Part shown: positions 19,935-25,420 of the stretch, one piece after another
How the letters are laid out: each line of letters opens with the position of its first letter
Numbering within the stretch: position 1 is the first letter of the stretch
Assembly: GCA_041641695.1 (NCBI GenBank)
Contig: JBEPXV010000001.1
Location: 1 to 25,420 of the forward strand
Length of the DNA stretch: 25,420 nucleotides
Source of the DNA: Gammaproteobacteria bacterium
GTDB lineage: Bacteria > Pseudomonadota > Gammaproteobacteria > Arenicellales > JAANXG01
Direction: 5' to 3'
Program-made: the position numbers and the translations under genes
Notes under the pieces: generated by a model
Told to the model about the DNA's origin: nothing
The model's input: only the letters and a program-made list of their open reading frames with translations
Database searches by the model: none

Positions 19935-21319
19935 AGCTACAGTTCCTGGGCGCCACCCGCGAAGTCACCGGCTCATGCTACCTGCTCAGCCTCGGCAACA
20001 CGAAGATTCTCATCGAGTGTGGCCTGATCCAGGGCAGCGGCGAGCACGAACGCCATAACCATGACGCGTTCCGTTTCGATTCGAAGGAGGTCGACGCGGT
20101 AGTGGTCACCCACGCGCATATCGATCACTCGGGCCGGCTGCCGCTGCTGGTCAAACGGGGCTACCAGGGGCCCATCTACACCCACCGGGCGACGGTGGAC
20201 CTGTGCGAGGTGATGCTGGCGGACTCGGCATACCTCCAGGAGAAGGAAGCCGAGTGGCAGAACAGGGACCACGGCGGATCCGGGCGGGAACGCGTCGAGC
20301 CCCTGTACACCCGCGACGACGCAGCCCGGACCCAGGGGAGCTTCAGGGCGCTCGAGTACGGAAGCCCGCAGGAGATCGCCGACGGCGTGCGGGTCACGAT
20401 GCACGATGCCGGGCACATACTGGGCTCGGCGATCGCCGAGCTCGAGGTCACGGAGAACGGACGCACGCGCCGGATCGTATTCAGCGGCGACCTGGGCCAC
20501 CGCGGCGCGCCCATTCTGCGGGACCCGGCAATACTCTCCCGCGCGGACCTGGTTGTGATGGAGAGCACCTACGGCGACCGGCTGCACCGGTCGTGGCAGG
20601 ACACCTGGCTGGAGATGGGCGAAATCATTTCGAACGCCCGCAGCGAAAGAGGCAACATCCTCATCCCCGCGTTCACCGTGGGCCGCACCCAGGAGCTGCT
20701 ATACGTGTTCAACCAGAACTCCGAGAAGTGGGGCCTCGGCGACTGGCGCATCTTCCTCGACAGCCCGATGGGTATTGCGGCCACAGGCATATACGAGCGG
20801 CACGCCAAGGTTTACGACCGCCGCGCCGCCGAGTTCAACACCAGGCACCACGGGCTGTTCGACCTGCCCAACCTGTACATGAGCGAGACGCCCAAGGAGT
20901 CCATGGTGATCAACCAGATCCGGTCAGGAGCGATCGTCATCGCCGGCAGCGGCATGTGCACCGGCGGCCGTATCAAGCACCATCTCAAGCACAACATCTG
21001 GCGCGAGGCGTGCCACGTGATGATCGTGGGCTTCCAGGCCCGGGGCACCCCCGGCCGCGCCCTGGTGGACGGCGCGAGCCGCATCCGGCTGTGGGGCAAG
21101 GACTTCGACGTGGCGGCGAAGATTCACACTATCGGCGGCCTGTCGGCCCACGCCGACCAGCGCGGCCTGCTCGACTGGTACGCCGGCTTCGACGACAAGC
21201 CACCCGTCTGCCTGGTGCACGGCGAGCCCGAGTCCATGGACGCCCTGGCCGACAAGCTCACCAAAGACTACGACGCGAAGGTGACCCGGCCCGAATACGG
21301 GCAGGTCGTAAACCTGTAA
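19931..21319 (+). CDS. MBL-fold beta-CASP hydrolase (RNA-processing exonuclease family)
   Basis: FLGATREVTGSC, THAHIDHSG (HxHxDH), DAGHILGSA, FSGDLG, MESTYGDR, PAFTVGRTQE, AGSGMCTGGR, GLSAHAD, LVHGE. ATGA overlap with the prs-like gene. Confidence 0.93.
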   Translation: MKLQFLGATREVTGSCYLLSLGNTKILIECGLIQGSGEHERHNHDAFRFDSKEVDAVVVTHAHIDHSGRLPLLVKRGYQGPIYTHRATVDLCEVMLADSAYLQEKEAEWQNRDHGGSGRERVEPLYTRDDAARTQGSFRALEYGSPQEIADGVRVTMHDAGHILGSAIAELEVTENGRTRRIVFSGDLGHRGAPILRDPAILSRADLVVMESTYGDRLHRSWQDTWLEMGEIISNARSERGNILIPAFTVGRTQELLYVFNQNSEKWGLGDWRIFLDSPMGIAATGIYERHAKVYDRRAAEFNTRHHGLFDLPNLYMSETPKESMVINQIRSGAIVIAGSGMCTGGRIKHHLKHNIWREACHVMIVGFQARGTPGRALVDGASRIRLWGKDFDVAAKIHTIGGLSAHADQRGLLDWYAGFDDKPPVCLVHGEPESMDALADKLTKDYDAKVTRPEYGQVVNL

Positions 21320-21418
21320 GCGACGCCGCGCGGACACGACTTCCGGCTGCAAGGACGAAGCCAGCATCGCCCCGCGGACACCCCGATCTGTCGCTTTTCG
21401 AGGCGACCGCCTTCTCTC

Positions 21419-21944
21419 CTAATCGGACTTTCGCAACTCGGTAGGTTGGGCGGCCGTAAGTGCTTGGTTTTCCAAGGGCGAGGAGGCAAAGGTCTGTACT
21501 ACATTTGCGCGGCTAGATTTGCAGCGGTGATCTTCGGCGGGCCTGGGGCGGCAGTGTCCAGCCGAGCTTGGCGAGCAATAGCTGCTGGTCGCTCTCCACA
21601 AAGACGTAGAGCTCATCCTCCTGCGGCAAAAGCTTCCCCTTGACCTCGGGGCGCGCGTGTTCCCACAATCGGGTGGCCAGCTCGCCTTCCAGCCGGCTCG
21701 AGTGTCCCTTCGGGGTCCCGACCAGGTAATGGGCGCCGCGCCGTCGCATCTCGGCTAGATGTGCTTCGGTCGGAATCCCCCGGTCGATCACCCAAACACG
21801 TTCGCCACAGCCATAGCGCGCTTCGATCCACTCGAGAAATTCCGGCAACGTAGTGCAATCCGCCGTGTTGCCGGCCAGCACTTCGAACCCCGCCCCGAAC
21901 AACTCCTGCCAGCGTTGCTTCAAAAATCCGAACAACGCCTCCTT
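21419..21944 (-). mobile_element. IS1634-like transposase remnant (internally deleted C-terminal part) with probable right end
   Basis: Frame reads KEALFGFLKQRWQELFGA, GNTADCTTL, RVWVIDRGIPTE, YLVGTPKG, KLLPQEDELYV, LLLAKLGWTLPPQ. These are IS1634-type segments joined with long gaps. The sequence ctaatcggactttcgcaactc at 21419 resembles ends I recall for this group. Confidence 0.78.
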
Positions 21945-22020
21945 CGTTTGCGACGTTTCCAGCTTCGTCCGGCCAGGCGCCGGAACAGGCTGAATTTATC
22001 ACAATACGCCAGACGAGCTT

Positions 22021-22034
22021 GTGATATGCGTCAA
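22021..22034. promoter_or_regulatory. Weak FNR/CRP-like site upstream of the cytochrome c gene
   Basis: GTGATATGCGTCAA, two mismatches. It overlaps an 8-bp inverted repeat TATCACAA (21997-22004) / TTGTGATA (22019-22026). No convincing -10 at -41.5 spacing. Confidence 0.3.
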
Positions 22035-22141
22035 TAAGTAGCGCGAATTGTCCCGCCCATACGGAATCAAAATCAGTAACGGAGCTGGTATATGAAACGA
22101 TCTCCGAGCACGCAGTGAATGGCGGTAGCCGGGAGGCGATC

Positions 22142-23200
22142 ATGCCGAAGCCAGCAACACGGCAGATTTCAATGCTGGGGTTCAGTTGCGTCGTTGCCGG
22201 GCTGTTAATTGTCCCGCAGGTGGCCGACACCCAGGTCCGCGATCAAAGCGGTAAGGAAATTGTCGACACGTTCTGCGCCGAGTGCCACCGGACAGGGGAT
22301 AATGACGCCCCGAAGATCGGCGATGCGGAGGCGTGGAAGGCGCGTGCATCGTTGGGACTGACGGCGCTCACGCAACATGCCTTGGATGGTATCCGCCGGA
22401 TGCCCCCGCATGGCGGCCACCCGCAGCTTACCGACCTGGAGATCGCGCGTGCAATCACCTACATGGTCAACGCATCGGGTGGCGACTGGGTGGCGCCTGA
22501 GAGCCGAGCTGACATAACCGCGGAGCTTGCCGGCAAGGAGGTCGTCGAGGCGTATTGTAGCGATTGCCACCAGAGCGGGCATGAAGGCGCTCCCCGGGTT
22601 GGTGACAAAGAGGCATGGATACCCCGGCTCCAACAGGGGCTTGCCTACGTTGTGCGCTCCGCGATCAAGGGTCACGGCGGCATGCCGCCGCGCGGGGGTG
22701 CTGCCAATCTTACCGATGCCGAAATACGGAACGCGATCGTTTACATGTTTGATCCGGAAACGGCCACCGCGAGCCAAAGGGCCTGGCGCCCGGAAGAAAA
22801 ACAAACCGGACCGGTTGAGGGCAATCACGCGAATGTCGGGGGAATGCACATATATCTTGGCTTCGTGTCCGCGGAAAAGCTCCGCGGCTATCCGACGGGA
22901 TCACCCGAACGATCCATGCACAGAGGGATCCCGAGTGGTGCTGACTGGTATCACGTCAACGTGACCCTGCTCGAGCAGGCGGATCATGCCCCGATCACCG
23001 ATGCCCGGGTGGAGGTGCAGGTCGATGAAGCGGGCGCGGTGATGAAATCCAAGGATCTCGAGTCAATGGCGGTCGGACAGGGAAGCTATGGAAATTACTT
23101 CCGGTTGCGGGCCAGGACATCGTACGGCGTTACCGTCCGGGTGCACGCTCCCGGTTCACCGGGTCCCGTCGAAGCCGAGTTCCGGCACGAACACCTGTGA
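22142..23200 (+). CDS. Periplasmic di-heme cytochrome c5-like protein with extra C-terminal beta-rich domain
   Basis: Signal peptide, CAECH and CSDCH heme motifs, c5-type APKIGD..AW / APRVGD..AW, and Met-ligand motifs MPPHGG and MPPRGG. About 125 further residues follow. GGGAGG precedes ATG 22142. Confidence 0.88.
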   Translation: MPKPATRQISMLGFSCVVAGLLIVPQVADTQVRDQSGKEIVDTFCAECHRTGDNDAPKIGDAEAWKARASLGLTALTQHALDGIRRMPPHGGHPQLTDLEIARAITYMVNASGGDWVAPESRADITAELAGKEVVEAYCSDCHQSGHEGAPRVGDKEAWIPRLQQGLAYVVRSAIKGHGGMPPRGGAANLTDAEIRNAIVYMFDPETATASQRAWRPEEKQTGPVEGNHANVGGMHIYLGFVSAEKLRGYPTGSPERSMHRGIPSGADWYHVNVTLLEQADHAPITDARVEVQVDEAGAVMKSKDLESMAVGQGSYGNYFRLRARTSYGVTVRVHAPGSPGPVEAEFRHEHL

Positions 23201-23297
23201 GGCCCACCGTGCCTGAAGATCGTTCCATGACCTCGAGCTACCCTTTACCAGCTGACTAATACCAATTTTATACAGACACGTGACGGAGGCCGTCATC

Positions 23298-23492
23298 ATG
23301 ACAACCGTTTACTGGATTACTACTGCAGCGCTTCTGCTTGTCATCGCCTCACTGGTCAGCGGTGCAATCTCCATGGGCCACGGCGGTGAATTCGACCGGA
23401 AACACGCTACGGAATTCATGTTTCTCCGCGTGGGCTTGCAGGCACTGGCGATCGCGTTGGTGATGCTGCTGGCGTACATGAACTACGTGTGA
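23298..23492 (+). CDS. HIG1-domain twin-transmembrane small protein
   Basis: Two TM helices flanking SMGHGGEFDRKHATEFMFLRVGLQ (HIG_1_N pattern). GGAGG RBS. Confidence 0.85.
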   Translation: MTTVYWITTAALLLVIASLVSGAISMGHGGEFDRKHATEFMFLRVGLQALAIALVMLLAYMNYV

Positions 23493-23645
23493 CCGGTATC
23501 GTTGTTACGAAGCCGGACGAATCTCCGGACTCCCGAATTCGAGACCCCTTGTTCGCCTTGGAGTCAACCAAGCGTCTCAGCCGCTCCGCTTCAAAGTGGC
23601 GACCAACCGCGGATTGGCTAATGTGGCTGTTCTGTCAGTAATCAT

Positions 23646-23819
23646 CTCGCCAATCCTATCCAGACAGCGGTACAGGGTGTCATTGGCAATGACCACACAA
23701 CCCTTGTCCAACAAGTCCGCCATCGCGCTGCGCCCATACTACTGCCGGTGCAGCCGCCAGTCGCTTCCCGGTTCCAGTAGCTGATACGCCGTCACCACCA
23801 TCAGCACGAGATACCACAA
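23646..23819 (-). pseudogene. IS1634-like transposase fragment (middle region) with in-frame stop
   Basis: Manual translation of the minus strand gives LWYLVLMVVTAYQLLEPGSDWRLHRQ*YGRSAMADLLDKGCVVIANDTLYRCLDRIGE. This matches the PGSEWRLHRxW...SAMADLL...LYRCLD block of these transposases. Confidence 0.8.
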
Positions 23820-23829
23820 GGTGCCTTAG

Positions 23830-23916
23830 GCCCAAGACTCGATACGGGTGGGTGGCCAGCCCTTACCGGACGGGAACTCACACCCCGCAAGATACGCCGA
23901 GCTTTCCTCACCACGA
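23830..23916 (-). mobile_element. Probable 5' fragment (domain I start) of a group IIC / IIC-attC intron
   Basis: The minus strand reads GTTA-TCGTGGTGAGGAAAGCTCGGCGTATCTTGCGGGGTGTGAGTTCCCGTCCGGTAAGGGCTGGCCACCCACCCGTATCGAGTCTTGGGCC. This resembles my recollection of class C intron 5' ends (AAGCTTGGCG..TTGCAGGGTGAAAGTCCCTG..GGTAAGG..CCACCCGTATCGAGTCTTG). No RT ORF or domain V follows. Confidence 0.55.
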
Positions 23917-23925
23917 TAACGACTG

Positions 23926-23985
23926 AACAAACTGCAAATATTTCAGTGGAATATTTTCCCCACTGAAATATCTGTCAGGTTGTTT
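23926..23985. terminator. Extended hairpin downstream of glsB (terminator-like or degenerate attC-like)
   Basis: 12-bp perfect inverted repeat ATATTTCAGTGG (23938-23949) / CCACTGAAATAT (23960-23971), extended by an 8/9 match AACAAACTG / CAGGTTGTT. Confidence 0.55.
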
Positions 23986-24006
23986 TGCTTGATAACCGCT
24001 ATTGCG

Positions 24007-24258
24007 TTAAGCCCTCTTAACCAGGCTTATTACAAACAACAAAATAACGGCGCCGATAGTGGCCATAATTATGGAGCCTAATAACCCGCCTGTTGTTATG
24101 CCGAGCAAGCCGAATACAAAGCCACCCACTACGGCACCCACAACCCCCACGATAATATTCCCTAAGAGACCAAACCCGCTTCCCTTCATTAAGTTGCCAG
24201 CAAGCCACCCGACCAGCGCGCCAATAGCCAGAAATATTATTAAGCTGATGATATCCAT
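24007..24258 (-). CDS. GlsB/YeaQ/YmgE family stress-response membrane protein
   Basis: 83 aa, Gly-rich with three TMs: IGALVGWLAGNLMKGSGFGLLGNIIVGVVGAVVGG...ATIGAVILLFVISLVKR. GGAGG RBS. Confidence 0.93.
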   Translation of the reverse strand: MDIISLIIFLAIGALVGWLAGNLMKGSGFGLLGNIIVGVVGAVVGGFVFGLLGITTGGLLGSIIMATIGAVILLFVISLVKRA

Positions 24259-24269
24259 GTTGCCTCCGG

Positions 24270-24395
24270 TTAACTGTTAGAGAAAAGGACTATGCCCATA
24301 ACAAAACTGACAGCACCAGCAATGTAGAAAGTCATCATCCTATCCGTATCCGAACCTGTAACAGCCTGTATTATCTGCAAACCGACTGAACCAGG
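24270..24395 (-). pseudogene. 5'-truncated DUF3185-like small membrane protein gene
   Basis: Manual translation PGSVGLQIIQAVTGSDTDRMMTFYIAGAVSFVMGIVLFSNS* resembles the C-terminal half of DUF3185 (SVGSQ...TGSPTDK..W..IGG). There is an in-frame stop just upstream, at the IS110 junction. Confidence 0.5.
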
Positions 24396-24397
24396 TC

Positions 24398-24478
24398 AGC
24401 ACCAACGATACCACTGTCTACGTCGGATTGGATGTGCACAAGGACACCATCACCGCCGCCTGCTTCGGCGCCGAACCC
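24398..24478 (+). mobile_element. IS110-family transposase N-terminal fragment
   Basis: Frame reads STNDTTVYVGLDVHKDTITAACFGAEP, the YVGLDVHK DEDD-domain start of IS110 transposases. There is no start codon and the similarity stops after about 27 codons. Confidence 0.7.
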
Positions 24479-24509
24479 GTCTCGCGATCAGGATTCCGGC
24501 CGGTACGAT

Positions 24510-25420
24510 TCAACCCTGCCGCATCTCCACGACCCTCAAACGCATCTGCTTCTCGGACTCTATCAGCGCGAAAAGCACCAGGCCGATACCGACAATCACC
24601 AGGCCGTCGGTGAAGGATACCGCCTGCGTGCCCAGCACGCGTTGCAGGAACGGGATGTAGGTGACGGCGAACTGGGCCGTCGTGGCAATGCCCACCGCGA
24701 TCCATACCGCGGGCGTGCCCGCCACCGCCTTCCAGGTGAGCGACGTGCCGTAGGCGTTGCGCATGAAGAACAGGTAGAAGATCTCCATGACCACCAGCGT
24801 GTTGACCGCCAGGGTGCGCGCCAGCTCGAGGGAATATCCTTGCTGCAGGCCATAGGTGAATATGCCGAACATTCCGCACAGGAACAGCGTCGACACGAAC
24901 ACCACCTGCCACACCAGGCCGCCCGTCAGCAGCGGCTCGCTGCGCGGCCGCGGCGGGCGGCGCATGGTGTTCTCCTCGGTGGGCTCGAAGGCCAGGGCGA
25001 TGCCCAGGGTGACGGCGGTAATGAGGTTCACCCAGAGGATCTGCACGGGGGTGACCGGCAGGCTGAGGCCGAACAGGACCGCCACGATGATGGTCATGGC
25101 CTCGCCGGCATTGGTCGGCAGGGTCCAACCGATGACTTTCTTGAGGTTGTCGTAAACGGTCCGGCCGTAGCGGACCGCCGCGGCGATGGAGGCGAAGTTG
25201 TCGTCGGCGAGCACCAGCTCAGCCGATTCCTTGGCGGCCTCGCTGCCGCTTTTTCCCATGGCGATGCCCGCGTCGGCGCGCTTGAGGGCCGGCGCGTCGT
25301 TGACCCCGTCGCCGGTCATGGCCACCACCAGGCCCTGGGCCTGCAGAGCCGCCACCAGCCTGAGCTTGTGGGACGGGCTGGTCCTGGCGAAGATGTCCGT
25401 CTCGACGATCGCCGCGGCCA
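24510..25420 (-). CDS. Cation-transporting P-type ATPase (type II, Ca2+/CtpF-like), 3' part only; continues beyond the window
   Basis: FARTSPSHKLRLV, MTGDGVNDAPALKRADAGIAMG, VLADDNFASI, GRTVYDNLKK, QILWVNLIT, ALAFEPTE, and C-terminal TM helices. Confidence 0.93.
   Translation of the reverse strand, partial: AAAIVETDIFARTSPSHKLRLVAALQAQGLVVAMTGDGVNDAPALKRADAGIAMGKSGSEAAKESAELVLADDNFASIAAAVRYGRTVYDNLKKVIGWTLPTNAGEAMTIIVAVLFGLSLPVTPVQILWVNLITAVTLGIALAFEPTEENTMRRPPRPRSEPLLTGGLVWQVVFVSTLFLCGMFGIFTYGLQQGYSLELARTLAVNTLVVMEIFYLFFMRNAYGTSLTWKAVAGTPAVWIAVGIATTAQFAVTYIPFLQRVLGTQAVSFTDGLVIVGIGLVLFALIESEKQMRLRVVEMRQG

Noticed and set aside
23505-23545. Short inverted repeat CCGGA-CGAATC-TCCGG as a possible IS3-type end
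   Set aside because: Too short, with no partner end or transposase sequence of that family.
23913-24012. Functional integron attC site or gene cassette around glsB
   Set aside because: GCTTAAC and GTTAAGC core-like words are present, but L boxes do not pair with those cores. The alternative pairing lacks a GTT right core, and no integrase is present.
24367-24378. CTGTATTATCT as an IS110 terminus
   Set aside because: It falls inside the open DUF3185-like reading frame on the other strand, which explains it more simply.
1-25420. CRISPR arrays, tRNA/rRNA genes, riboswitches, defence systems
   Set aside because: No regularly spaced repeats or recognisable structured-RNA signatures were seen. 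The beta-CASP gene lacks defence-type neighbours. The region upstream of nrdJ, where a cobalamin riboswitch could sit, is outside the window.

Overview
High-GC (roughly 65-70% by eye) bacterial window, probably gammaproteobacterial, dominated by genes for low-oxygen and dormancy physiology. From left to right: class II B12-dependent RNR (nrdJ), a Tat-exported YfaP/DUF2135-like protein, corA, a 68-aa conserved small protein, class I fructose-bisphosphate aldolase, a tandem USP, an RND pump pair, a YcbK/MepK peptidase, and an arginine deiminase operon with an NhaC-family transporter where arcD usually sits. These are followed by dodecin, an HPF/RaiA protein, and an operon of an archaeal-type AMP/thymidine phosphorylase, an archaeal-like PRPP synthetase and a beta-CASP nuclease. 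Four intergenic FNR/Anr-type boxes lie 40.5-41.5 bp from plausible -10 elements, suggesting one oxygen-sensing regulon comparable to the Mycobacterium DosR regulon or Burkholderia lxa locus. The last 4 kb is a mosaic of mobile-element debris. An IS1634-like transposase remnant appears split by a ~1.7 kb segment carrying a di-heme cytochrome c5 fusion and a HIG1 gene. Beyond it are a probable group IIC intron 5' fragment, a low-GC DUF3185'/glsB piece, an IS110 fragment and the 3' end of a P-type ATPase. All assignments come from motif recognition; no database searches were run.
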